Shown: positions 40,792-53,004, numbered from the stretch's first letter. The stretch: 64,000 nt of DNA from Dictyostelium discoideum (GCA_000004695.1 CM000153.2:3200001-3264000), one strand, 5' to 3'. Numbers and translations: made by a program. The notes: generated by a model not told the origin, from the sequence alone.

Positions 40792-43700
40792 ATGGTAAAA
40801 TATCAAATTTATATATTTATTAATTTATTTATATTTATTATAAGAAATTATATAGAAATATAAAAAAATTAAAAAAAAAAATAAAAAAAATAAAAAAAAT
40901 AAAAACACACACATATCCCCATTCCGACTTTTACTAATACTAAAATTAATTTTTTATTTTATTTTAGTCTACAGCAAAATTAGATTTTGTTAGAGCATAT
41001 GAAAAAGAAGTTCAAAATAAATGGGAAAGTGATAAACAATTTGAAATTGATGCATTAGATGCACCAGATGCTGAACATCCAAAATATTTAGCAACATTCC
41101 CATACCCATATATGAATGGAAGATTACATGTTGGTCATGTTTTCACAATCACCAAAGCAGAATTTATGTGTCAATTCCAAAGATTAATGGGTAAAAGAGT
41201 TTTATTCCCATTTGCATTCCATTGTACTGGTATGCCAATTAAAGCATGTGCTGATAAATTAAAGAAAGAAATTGAACAATTTGGTTGTCCACCAGTTTTC
41301 CCAGTTATTGAAGGTAATTAATTAATATATATTATTATTATATATAAAATATTTAGGTTGAATATACTAATTATTATATGTTTATGTATATTTTTCAATG
41401 TAAAATTATGATGATAATAATGACGATGATAACAATAATAATAATGAAAAAAAAAAAAGAAAAACCAATTCAAGAAGTAACAACAGCAGTAAAAGAAGAT
41501 CCACTTTCATTTAAATCAAAGAAAACAAAAGCAGTAGCAAAATCAGGAGGAGCAGTATATCAATGGAAGATTATGCAAAGTTTAGGTATTTCAGATGAAG
41601 AGATTCCAATGTTTGCAGATTCAGCCTATTGGTTAAATTATTTCCCACCACATTGTGAAAGTGATCTTAAATTATTAGGTGTTGGTGTTGATTGGCGTCG
41701 TTCATTCATTACCACTGATGTCAATGGTTATTATGATTCATTTGTTCGTTGGCAATTTGAATCACTCAAAGCATTAGGTAAAGTAAAATATGGTAAACGT
41801 TATTCAATTTGGTCAACAATTGATGATCAACAATGTGCCGATCATGAAAGAGCACAAGGTGAAGGTGTTGGACCACAAAATTATACTCTCATTAAATTAG
41901 AGGTTGTTGAACCAATTCCAGAATGTCTCAAAGAGATTCATTCACAAGGTAAAAAGATTTATTTAGTACCAGGTACATTACGTCCAGAGACAATGTATGG
42001 TCAAACCAATTGTTGGATTCTTCCAACCGGTAAATATGGTGCCTTTGAAATGGCCAATGGTGATATATTTGTTTGCACAGAAAGATCCGCTCGTAATATG
42101 TCATACCAACAAATGACCACCGGTAAGGGTGAATATAAATGTCTCGCCAAATTTGAAGGTTCCGATATTTTAGGTGCCGCTTTAAAAGCCCCATTAGCAA
42201 TCAACCCAATCGTTTACGTCTTACCAATGTTAACCATCGATGAAAATAAAGGTACTGGTGTCGTTACCTCTGTTCCATCAGATTCACCAGACGATTATGC
42301 TTCACTCCAAGATTTAAAAGCAAAAGCACCACTTCGTGCCAAATTCTCAATCAAAGATGAATGGGTTTTACCATTTGAAGTAGTACCAATCATTGATATT
42401 CCAGGCTATTCCAATGAGAGTGCCGTTCGTGCTTACAAGGATTTAGGTATCAAATCACAAAACGATAGAGCTTTACTCGACCAAGCCAAAGATCTTTGCT
42501 ATCAAAAAGGTTTCAATGATGGTGTTATGAGTGTTGGTCCATATGCTGGTCGTAAAGTTTCCGAGGTTAAGAAAATTATCAAGGATGAAATGGTTGCTTC
42601 CGGTCAAGCCGTTGATTACAGTGAACCAACTTCAAAGGTAGTATCACGTTCTGGTGATGAATGTGTCGTTGCTCTCTCTGATCAATGGTATATAAACTAT
42701 GGTGATGATGATATCGAATGGAAGAATCAAACCATTAAACAATTGGAATCAATGGAATTCTATTCAGCTGAAACTAAAAAGAAATTTGAAATCGCTTTAG
42801 GTTGGATGAATCAATGGGCATGTAGTCGTAGTTTTGGTCTTGGTACTCATTTACCATGGGATGAGAAATTCTTAATTGAATCTCTCTCTGACTCTACCAT
42901 CTATATGGCTTTCTATACAGTTGCTCATTTATTACAAGGTGATGTCAATGGTTCAAAACCAGGTAGCGCTGGTATCACTCCAAAACAAATGACCTCTGCC
43001 TGTTGGGATTACGTTTTAATGGGTAAACCATATCCAGAGGGTTGTGAAGTTTCAGAGGAAAAACTTAAAGAACTCAAGAAGGAATTCACCTATTGGTATC
43101 CAGTAGATATTAGAGTATCAGGTGCTGATCTCATTCAAAACCATCTCACCTTTTTCCTCTACACTCACGCTGCAATCTTTGAAAAGAAATTCCAACCAAA
43201 GAGTATTCGTGCCAATGGTTTCGTCAATTTAAATGGTGAAAAAATGTCAAAATCAACTGGTAACTTTTTAACACTCGTTGATTCAGTCGCCAAATTCTCT
43301 GCTGATGGTACTCGTGTCGCTTTAGCCGATGCTGGTGATTCCATTGAAGATGCCAATTTTGTAGATCAAACCGCTGTCACTTCATTATTAAAACTCCACA
43401 CTCAAATTCAATGGGTTCAAGAAACTTTAGACTCTATTGATAAATTCCGTTCTGGTCCATTAGATCGTATTCAAGATACCATCTTTGAGAGTGAAATCAA
43501 CAATATCATTGTAGAATCTGAAAAAGCTTATCAAAAAACCAATTTCCGTGATGCTCTTCATTTAGTATTCTTTGATCTCCAAAATGCTCGTGATCACTAC
43601 AAAGTAACCACCTTAGATCAAATGCACAAGGATCTCGTTTTAAGATTCATTGAAGTTCAAGCTTTATTAATTTATCCAATCGCTCCACATTTTGCTCAAA

Positions 43701-44287
43701 AACTTTTCAATATGCTTGGAAAAGGTAATATCTTAAGTGCCGGTTGGCCAAAAGCTGGTGCAATCGATTATGAAGCTTTGAAAAAGAATAACTATGTTCA
43801 ACAAACCATTTACAATTTCAGAATGAAATTACAAGTTTATCAAAAGGCAAAATTAAAAGGTAAACCAGCTGGTACTAAAGCAATTCCAGATCAATCAACC
43901 ATCATTGTAAGTAAGAGTTATCCAAAATGGCAACAAGATGTCTTGGAATACCTTGCCACCATCTACAATGAAGATTCAAAATCTTTCACAAAAGATAACA
44001 ATGCCATCGCTGAAGAATTATTATCTCGTGAAGAAATGAAACCACATAAAAAAAATCTTATGGGTTTTGTCGCTTCTGCAATTCAAAATGTTAAAGAATC
44101 TGGTAAAGATGCTTTACAAACTTCTCTCTCATTTGATGAAACTTCAACTCTCACTGATAATATTGATTATATTTGTAAAACTTTAGAATTAACTAGTTTC
44201 GATGTTAAAGATTTCAATGAAATCCCTCAAGCTTCTCAATCAAAAATACAACCAATTCCAGGTAAACCACAATTCCAATTTGTTTAA
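40792..44287 (+). CDS. leuS: Cytoplasmic leucyl-tRNA synthetase (class I LeuRS), 3 exons: 40792-40794 (ATG only), 40968-41313, about 41460-44287
   Basis: [23 protein letters not shown] (HIGH region), [26 protein letters not shown] and KMSKS ([11 protein letters not shown]) align to remembered human LARS1. Start codon is immediately followed by GTAAAAT, an ATG|intron arrangement. Exon 2 begins after ATTTTAG with [21 protein letters not shown]. The exon 2/3 junction is ambiguous: acceptor AG at 41458-59 or 41473-74, both in frame. Confidence 0.85.
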
Positions 44288-44798
44288 AAAAAAAAAAATA
44301 ATAAAATAAAAATAAATAAAATTTTAAAATAAAAAAAATAAAAAAAATAAACATATAAATATAAATAATTATAATAAATAAATTTAATGATTAAATTATA
44401 ATTTTTATTTTTTTATTTAATTTTATAGTTTTTAATTGTAATAATAATAAAAATAAAAATAATAAAAATAAAAATTTTATTATTATTATTATTTATTTAA
44501 TTTTAGAGTTTTAAATTTCAAGGAAATAATAAATCTTTTTTTTTTTCAAAATTTTTTTTTTTTTTTTTAATCACTTTACCATAAATATTTTATTTTTTTA
44601 ACATTTTAGTGGTAATGGCAATATTATTTTTATTTTCATTCTTATTTTTTTTTAATTTTTTTTAAAATCAATGATAGATTGATTAAATAAAAGTAAAATT
44701 TTCTAAAATAAAAATAGTCAATCATTTTGGTCAGGGAAAAAAAATTAAAATTTCTAATCCTTTATAATAATCAAAACCCAACTTTGGCTTTTTTTTTT

Positions 44799-44833
<35 letters not shown>

Positions 44834-44856
44834 TTTTTTTTAAATTTTTTTTTTTT

Positions 44857-44896
<40 letters not shown>

Positions 44897-45584
44897 CTTT
44901 TTTCATATCTATTTTTAAGCATTATAATTAATACACATTTTGTTTTTTTTCCTCTTTTTTATTCTTTTATTTTCATTTTATTTTCCATTGTAAATATATT
45001 TAGTAAAAAATAAAATAAAATAAAATAGAATAATAAATAAAATAAAAAAGAATGTCATCTCCACCAACAACAACAACAACAACCACCACTTCAACAGGCG
45101 GCAACCAAGAAACACCAAAAGCAATACCTCCAGCACCAATTGAAGATAAATCAGCTGAAAGAATAAAGAAAAGAGATCCAGGTAAATAATAATTAAAAAA
45201 AAAAAAAAAACTTTACACATATATAAATATTAGTATAAAAAATAGACACACACTCACTCACTCACTCACACACACGCTCAATAACAATAATAATAACAAT
45301 AATAATAATATATACACACTTTTCTCCCCCTCTATCTCAAAAAATATTAGTTCGGTGCATATATATACTTATATATATTTATTTTAAAAATATAATAATG
45401 TTAAAATAATAATAATAATTAACAATATAAACTTTTTTTATTATTTTCCTTAAATTTATTTTCTCTTTTTAATAATAAAAAAAAAAAAAAAAAAAAAAAA
45501 CCAAAAAAAACAAAAACACAAAAACAATTATAATAATAATAACAAACAAACAAACAAACTATTAACACAATAATATTAAAAATA

Positions 45585-46717
45585 ATGAAAAATAAATTAG
45601 GTAATATTACAAAGGTTATTAAATGTGGTGTTGTAGGTGATGGTACTGTTGGAAAAACAACACTCTTATTATCTTATATCACTCAAGCATTCATTACAGA
45701 GTATACACCAACTGTATTTGATAACTTTTCAGCAATTGAAGAGGTTGATGATGGTAAGTTAGTAAATGTTATATTGTGGGATACTGCTGGTCAAGATGAC
45801 TATGCACAAATCAGAACAACTTGTTATACAAATTGTAGATATGATGTATTTTTACTTTGTTTCTCTGTTGTAAATCGTGATTCATTTGACAATGTTAAAT
45901 ATAAGGTAAATATTATAATATAATATATGCATGCATGCATATAAACATATATTAATAATTTTTTATTTTTTTTAATTTTTTTTATTTTTTTTTAATTAAT
46001 AATAATAATAATAATAAATAGTGGTTACCAGAATTAAAAGCAAATTCACCAGGAACACCATTTATTTTAGTTGGTACAAAAACTGATATGAGAGATCAAC
46101 AAACAGGAGGTTCACCAACCAATACTACATCATCACCACCAATTGCAGGTAATAATCAAACATTAAATAATATCATTACATTTAAAGAGGGTCAAAAGAG
46201 AGCCAAAGAGATTAAAGCATTCAACTATATGGAATGTACATCTCGTGACTCTTCAAGTGTTGCCAAGGTAGTTTTGGAGGCAATCAATATCATCATTGAA
46301 AAGGAAAAATTAAAAAGAGTAAACAATGAAAAACTATGGAAGAGTCAAGTGAAAAAAGAAGAGAAAGAATCTAAAAAAGAGGAAAAAGAAAGAGCAAAAT
46401 ATATTGAAAAACAAAAATTAAAAGAAGAAAAATCGAATGGTTCAGTAAATAATAGTAATAATAATAGTAATAGTAACAATAATAATAGTAATAATAATAA
46501 TAATAATAGTAATAGTAGTAGTAATAATAATATAAGTGGAAATAAAGACAATAATAATTCAACACCAAATAAATCATTATCTTCCTCCTCATCTTCTGAT
46601 AAAAAACAACAACCTTCATCACCTTCCTCTGCTGCCTCTCCTTCGACACCTTCTTCACCTTCTCCCTTAGAAGGCACTTCTCCAAAACAAGATAAAAAAA
46701 TTAACGCTGATAATTAA
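45585..46717 (+). CDS. Rho-family (Rac-like) small GTPase with long low-complexity C-terminal extension, exons 45585-45905 and 46022-46717
   Basis: [16 protein letters not shown] (P-loop), WDTAGQDDY, then [25 protein letters not shown] after a GTAAAT...AAATAG intron. Roughly 200 aa of K/E-rich then N/S-rich tail. Confidence 0.8.
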
Positions 46718-46901
46718 ATAGTAAAATTAATTTAATTCAAAAAAAAAAAAAATGAAAAAAAAAAAAAAAATAATAATTAACAATGTACCCATAATTTTAA
46801 AAATAAATAAATAAAAAAAAAAACAAATAAATTATAAAATAAATTACACACAAAAACTATTTTATTTAAATATTATTAAAATTTATTTTTAAAAAATCAT
46901 T

Positions 46902-48617
46902 TTAAAAACAATATAAAATAATTGAAATTAATAAAATGATAAGTTTAGATACAGATAAAATACTTGAAGAAGATGGATTTCCCAAGTCATCATCAGATGA
47001 TGATGATTCAGATGATGTATGATTTGATTTTGAATTAGATGATGATTCAACTGATGATGACGATGGTGATGATGATTCGGATGATACAGAATTACTATTT
47101 GAACCATTTGATGATTCTGAAGATTCTGATGATGTTGATGATGTTGATGATGTTGATGAAGATGTAGAATTACTACTTGAACCTGACGATGATGATGATG
47201 ATGACGATGATGAACTTGAACCAATTTCAGGTTCTTGGTAATCACTTGGACACATTAAAAATAAATCATTAAAACATGTTGAAACTTTAGCTTTTGGATC
47301 AATACAATCTCTTGAATAATTACAAAGTTGAGATTGACAATTAATTTGAGTTACATAATCTTTATAGGATGGAATAGAATTTTTTGATTTTGCACACAAT
47401 ACTAATTTATTTGAACTATCTTTACATTCTTGTGTTAATTTATAATAGGATTGACAAGAACCTTTTCCCTTAGAATTACATTTACATGATTGATAATCTG
47501 AATTACAAACTGGGTATTCATCTGATGGATCGCATGATTGATTTTCAACATAACTTTTACAACTATAACCATTTGCTCCATTTAAACACTAGTGATAAAT
47601 AAATTAATTTATTTGTAAAAAAAAAAATAAAAAAAAAAAATTAGTAAATTTTTATTAGTGTTTAGAAGGAAGAAAAATATAAAAAAAAAAAAAAAGTACT
47701 TACAGATAATCCTACATCACATGCTGCTTTGGTTGGTTCTATTGCTCCAGGGAAGCATGTTGCGTTTTCAGCACCAGAGAAAATTGGTGAACAAACTGAA
47801 TTAATACATGCTAAACCGGTTTGACATGAATCAGATGTAGAACATTGACTGTTTAATTGTAATCTATTGGTGCATACAGATGAAGATCCCATTGTCATTG
47901 TTATTGGTAATGTCATCGTCATTGGTAATGTCATTGTCATTGGTAATGTCATTGTTGATGGGCTAGTAGAGGTTGTACCAATAAAGGTTGTACTACAAAA
48001 TTGGTCTGGAGAACATTGAGAATTTGCTTTTGAGAAAAAAAAAAAAAAAAATTAGTATTATTAATCTCTAGAAATTTAATAATAAAAAAATAAAACAAAA
48101 AAAAAAAAAGGATAAACCATACTTTGGCATTGAGAACCTGGCATAACCATGCAAATATTTCCCGCACATAATGACATTAAACAATTTGAGTTCTGTTTAC
48201 ATTGTGACGAAGGATATTGGGTTCCAATAAATGGAAGACAAACATTTGATACACAAATATATCCATCTTGAGAACATGTATCTTCAGCCAAGGGAAGTGA
48301 TGAGTCACACTTTTCATATTCTTGGCAAGAACTTAAAGTTTGATTACAAACTAAACCAGCTGAACACTGCCCTGTACTTTTTATAATTATATTTATTTTT
48401 TTTATTTTTTTTTATTTTTAAAAATTTAAGATTAAAATACTTAGTTTTTTATTTTTATTTTTTATTTTTTTATTTTTATTTTTTTTTTATTTTTTTTTTT
48501 AAAGAATTCCTACCATGTTTGATTTAAAGTTGGGCATGAGAAAGTATTTTCACATGATTGTGATAGATATGGTAATAAAAATACAAAGAATACTAAAAGA
48601 AATAATTTAAATTTCAT
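46902..48617 (-). CDS. Secreted cysteine-rich, probably GPI-anchored protein (at least 4 exons; first exon 48617-48514, last exon about 47588-46902)
   Basis: Exon 1 signal peptide MKFKLFLLVFFVFLLPYLSQS. Internal exons are Cys-rich modules (CSQDGYICVSNVCLPFIG..., CTNRLQLNSQCSTSDSCQTGLACINSVC...). There is a (TMTLP)4 repeat, a long Ser tract, and a hydrophobic C-terminus KLIILLISIILYCF typical of a GPI signal. GTAGGA/GTATGG/GTAAGT donors. Confidence 0.6.
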
Positions 48618-49270
48618 TATTTATATGTTTTGAGTGATTTCTTCTTTGTTTTTTATTTTTTTTTGAGCTAAAAATAAAAAAAAAAAAAAAAAAAAAACTT
48701 TGAAAAAAAAAAAAAAAAATCAAGGAGATCGAGCTGATCAGTTTGCTTTTTTTTTTATCAATAATTTTATTTGAAAAATTGTAAATTTACAATTGTAGGG
48801 GATCGAGCTAATCAGTTTATTTTTTTTATTAATATTTTTTTTTTTAAAATTATTTTATTGTGAATTTTTTTTTTTTTTTTAAATTAAAATAATAATAATT
48901 TCAATAAATTAGAAAGAATAATAATAATTAATATTGAAAATTTAATTAGTAATTTTAGTTTACTTCAATCAATTAGAACTTCAAAAAAATTTATATAAAA
49001 AAAAAAAAGAAAATAAAAAAAAGAGTTTATCAAAAATAAAATAAATAAACAAAAAAAAAAAGTTTATCAAAATTAAAATAAATAAAAAAAAAATTTGTTT
49101 AGAAAAAAAAAAAAAAAAAAAGTCAGTCAAAAAAAAAAAAAAGTGACTCATGCTTAGGGCCAAAAAAAAAAAAGAAAAAATTCAAAAAATTCAAAAAAAA
49201 AAAAATCAAAAAAGATGAACTTTTTGAATTTTTTTTATTATTATTATTGTAAATAGTAACAACAATCACA

Positions 49271-49957
49271 ATGAATAAATTTTTAATTGCATTATTGGTA
49301 TTAGCCACATTAGCAGTTTCATTTTCACAAGAAATTGGTGTTTCAATTTTAAAAACTGATACACCAAAAGGTGAATGTAAAGGTAAAACTGCCTCAATTG
49401 GTGATTATATCAGTTTAAAATATGTTGGTAAATTCGAAGACGGAACTGTCTTTGACTCCTCTGAGATTCACGGAGGTTTCAGCTTTAACTTCACCATTGG
49501 AGAACGTAAGTTAGTTGTACAAAAAAGTAAAATATAAAAAATAAAAAAAAAAAGATATTGACACCAAAAATAAATAAATGAATAAATAAAAATTATAAAA
49601 TATATAGGTAAAGTTATTCCAGGTTTAGAGATTGGTACAATTAATATTTGTGAAGGTGAAAAACGTTCAATCAAGATTCCATATCAATTAGCATACGGTG
49701 AAAATGGTATTGAAAATGCAATTCCACCACGTACAGATATTTATTTTGATTTGGAGGTTGTTTCAATCGAAGGAGCACCAGCTCAACCATTTTATTATCA
49801 ATTAATTCCATCAGTTGGTACCATCATTGCTTTTTCAATGTTAGCTGGTTTCATAGTTTTAGTTAAATTCATCATTAAACGTTATCCAGATGAATCAAAT
49901 TCTAAAAAACCAGCCCCAGGTAAACCAAAGAAAACAAAAGCAGCAAAACAAAACTAA
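49271..49957 (+). CDS. FKBP-type peptidyl-prolyl cis-trans isomerase with signal peptide and C-terminal TM anchor, exons 49271-49505 and 49608-49957
   Basis: MNKFLIALLVLATLAVSFS signal peptide. GDYISLKYVGKFEDGTVFDSS...IPPRTDIYFDLEVVSIE FKBP fold. C-terminal TM helix IIAFSMLAGFIVLV and a basic tail. GTAAGT donor, TATATAG acceptor (phase 1). Confidence 0.8.
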
Positions 49958-50587
49958 AATAAATAAATAAATAAATAAAAAATACAACTATCAAGATAAT
50001 AAAATCAAATAATTTTTTCATTAATTTATTTATGAATATTTTTAAAAAGTTTAATTCTATAAATTATTGATTAATAAATTCTTTGCATTAATGCATTGAT
50101 CCTAATCTATCTGAATTATTATTATTATTATTATTATTATTTCCTACTCTCAAAATAAAAAAATAATTAGAAAAAAGAATGATAAATAATTAAATTCTAA
50201 AGAAAAAAAAAAAAAATTATGATGAAGTAAGTTAAAAAAATAAAAATATAAAATAAAATATAATAAAAAATAATAATTAATTAAATTTAAAAATAGATTA
50301 ATCAATAAATAAATAAATAAATGAACAAATAAATGAAAAACTTTGTTTTTTACACTGCCAACGCGCAAAATGACAACGTAACCCCTGTAAGCGGCTAATA
50401 GCCCTGTAAGACGAACAGACGGATTTTTGGGATATTTTGGAACACTGTTGTAAGGTTTACAGGGGTTATGTAGTCATTTAAATTGATCCACTAAGTTGGT
50501 GCAGTGAAATTAAATGATAAGTGAGGAAATCAATTAATTCTGTTTGATAATAATAATAATAAAAATAATAATAATGAGTAAATAAAT

Positions 50588-50916
50588 AAATGAATAAATA
50601 AATAAATAAAAATTATAAAATATATAGGTAAATTAGAAGATGTAATTATCTTTGATTCGTCAGATTTACATGGCGCGGCTTTAATTTCACACGTACAGAT
50701 ATTTACTTTGATTTGGAAGTTGTTTCAATCGAAGGAGCACCAGCTCAATCATTTTATTTTCAATTAATTCCATCAGTTGGTACCATCATTGCTTTTTCAA
50801 TGTTAGCTGGTTTCATAGTTTTAGTTAAATTCATCATTAAACGTTATCCAGATGAATCAAATTCTAAAAAACCAGCCCCAGGTAAACCAAAGAAAACAAA
50901 ACTAAAACTAAAATAA
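50588..50916 (+). pseudogene. Internally deleted, frame-disrupted duplicate of the FKBP gene 3' part (pseudogene)
   Basis: 50575-50627 repeats the FKBP intron tail (...ataaatgaataaataaa...aattataaaatatatag). It then carries an exon-1-like segment (GKLEDVIIFDSSDLHGAAL, compare GKFEDGTVFDSSEIHGG) fused out of frame to the last about 210 nt of the FKBP CDS, which is about 95% identical. Confidence 0.55.
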
Positions 50917-51051
50917 AACTAAAATAAATAAATAAATAAAAACACAATTATCGAGATAATAAAATCAAGTAATAATTTTTTCATTTATTTATGAATATTT
51001 TTAAAAAAGGTTAATTCTATAAATTATTGGTTATTTAATAAATTCTTTACA

Positions 51052-52050
51052 TTAATCCATTGATTCTAATCTATCTGAATTATTATTATTATTATTATTA
51101 TTATTATTTCCCAAGATCGGCCTAAATAAATTATCATTTTCATTATCATTATTGCTAATATTTATTGATTCACTTAAGTCATCAATTGAATTACTATTTA
51201 CAATACTATTTCCTCCATCGCTACTATTTATACTATTATTTATATTATTTATATTATTATTATTATTATCAATACTAATATTATCAATTATATTATTATT
51301 TATATTTTTATTTATTGGACTATTATCATTTATTCCAATACTAGTTGAACCACTACTGCCACCACTACCACTACCACTTGCAATATTATTATTATTATTA
51401 TTATTATTATTGGTATTGTTATTATTATTATTACCACTTGATAAAATTTGATAAGAATTTGAATTTTGAAATAAATTATGAACTATTGGTAATAATCTTG
51501 TACCACTAATTGAAATTGATAATAGGGAGAAGAAAACAAAGATTATCCAAAATACGCTTAACCAATTTGGTAAATAACTTAGATGATGTAAATTTAAGAG
51601 GAATCCAACTGTTGATTTCTCCATACCAATTGCATTTCTACAGAATCTATAGATTCCACCTGTCAATGCCATGAACAATAATAAGAAGAAAATAACCGAT
51701 CCATAACGATGATGATATTCACGCATTGATTGTGGTATCCATCTACTACGACTTGTTAATTTACCAGTTCTACTACCAAATAGTGGATTGTAAATCATTG
51801 AATATCCAAATACAACCAATGCTACACATAGAATCATCAATAGAAATGTATATACAACTTCACTATTTTCAAATAACCATGACATTTGATGAATCTTCAT
51901 TAAAAATGATACCTTTTCTTTTGGAATTCCAAATCCATCTCTTAATATTTTATATAGTAATCCTGTTATCATTGTTGTCATCAATGGTAATATTATTGTA
52001 TACGCTATATACCTATGAAGTATCCTTTTATTCCAATACATTCTACCCAT
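51052..52050 (-). CDS. Multi-pass membrane protein with four PepSY-TM-like 'R/K-x-hxH-[RHQ] + helix' repeats and a poly-N/S C-terminal tail
   Basis: KRILHRYIAYTIILPLMTTMITGLLY, MKIHQMSWLF...LLMILCVALVVFGY, MREYHHRYGSVIFFLLLFMALTGGIY and LLNLHHLSYLPNWLSVFWIIFVFF. Each has a conserved His just before a TM helix. Single exon. Confidence 0.5.
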   Translation of the reverse strand: MGRMYWNKRILHRYIAYTIILPLMTTMITGLLYKILRDGFGIPKEKVSFLMKIHQMSWLFENSEVVYTFLLMILCVALVVFGYSMIYNPLFGSRTGKLTSRSRWIPQSMREYHHRYGSVIFFLLLFMALTGGIYRFCRNAIGMEKSTVGFLLNLHHLSYLPNWLSVFWIIFVFFSLLSISISGTRLLPIVHNLFQNSNSYQILSSGNNNNNNTNNNNNNNNNIASGSGSGGSSGSTSIGINDNSPINKNINNNIIDNISIDNNNNNINNINNSINSSDGGNSIVNSNSIDDLSESINISNNDNENDNLFRPILGNNNNNNNNNNSDRLESMD

Positions 52051-52893
52051 TTCTCTTTTATCTATTTACAATTATTTATTATTTATTATTATTTATTATT
52101 ATTATTATTATTATTTTTTTTTTTTTTTGTTTTTCTAAAAAAAAAAAAAAAAAAAATTTATTATTTAATTTTTATTTTTGTTTTATAATAGTAATTATTA
52201 TATGTTTAATAATTATTATTATTTATGTGTAATTTTTTTTTTTTTTTGATTTAATATGAAAATAATTTTAACTTTTATTTGAAAAATTAAGATCAAATGC
52301 AAATAAACAAAAAAACAAAAAAACAAAAAAAAAAAAAAAAAAAAAATTTGAGAAAAAAAAAAATATGAAAATAAAAAAAAATTAAAAATAAAAATAAATT
52401 AAAATATGAAAATTAAAAAAAATTAAAATTAAAATTTAAATTGGTAATGGTATAAAAAACCCAAATATTTAAAAAAAAATAAAAAAAAAAATAAAAAAAA
52501 TAAAAAAAAAAAAAAAAAAGTTATTATTAGGGGGATTGGATAATATTAAATCTGAATTCTAGATTCTGTTATTATTACAATTAAATTTCTTGAAAATTAA
52601 AAGATTTAATTTCATTAAAATATAATATTATTTAGTTATATTAAATTTATTTGATAAAAAAAATAATTTGTTTAATTCTTTATTTTTATATTTTTAAAAA
52701 ATTAAATTATTTTTTTTTTTTTTTTTTAATCCAAATGTTTTTCAAAATCCAACCCAAATTAAGGATTTTGAATTTTTTTTTTTTCATGAATCCACCACTT
52801 ACTTTCATTGAATCTATTGTTTTTTATTTTTATTTTTTTTTATTTTTTTTTTAAATTTTTTTTCAAGTTTTTTCATTTTTTTTTTAAAAATAA

Positions 52894-52939
<46 letters not shown>

Positions 52940-53004
52940 CATACATTTCACAAAGAGTTATCAAACTAAATTAGATAATTCTAATTGATAAAACAAAAAA
53001 AAAA

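Noticed and set aside
41928-43356. Minus-strand ORFs 41928-42200, 42001-42204, 43165-43356
   Set aside because: Antisense to strongly conserved LeuRS coding sequence. Short, with no family resemblance.
46345-47245. ORFs 46345-46685(-, two frames) and 46928-47245(-) rich in L/Y/H
   Set aside because: Antisense or alternative-frame readings of the N/S-rich Rac tail and of the Ser/Asp-rich tail of the Cys-rich protein gene.
50341-50520. GC-rich island as a U6 snRNA or SRP RNA gene
   Set aside because: Local similarity to the U6 segments CGCAA..ATGACA and ACAGA is present but in the wrong order, and it lacks the ACAGAGA and AGC boxes. CCTGTAAG resembles the SRP Alu-domain motif but no S-domain follows. 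Kept only as a ncRNA/TE candidate, not called.
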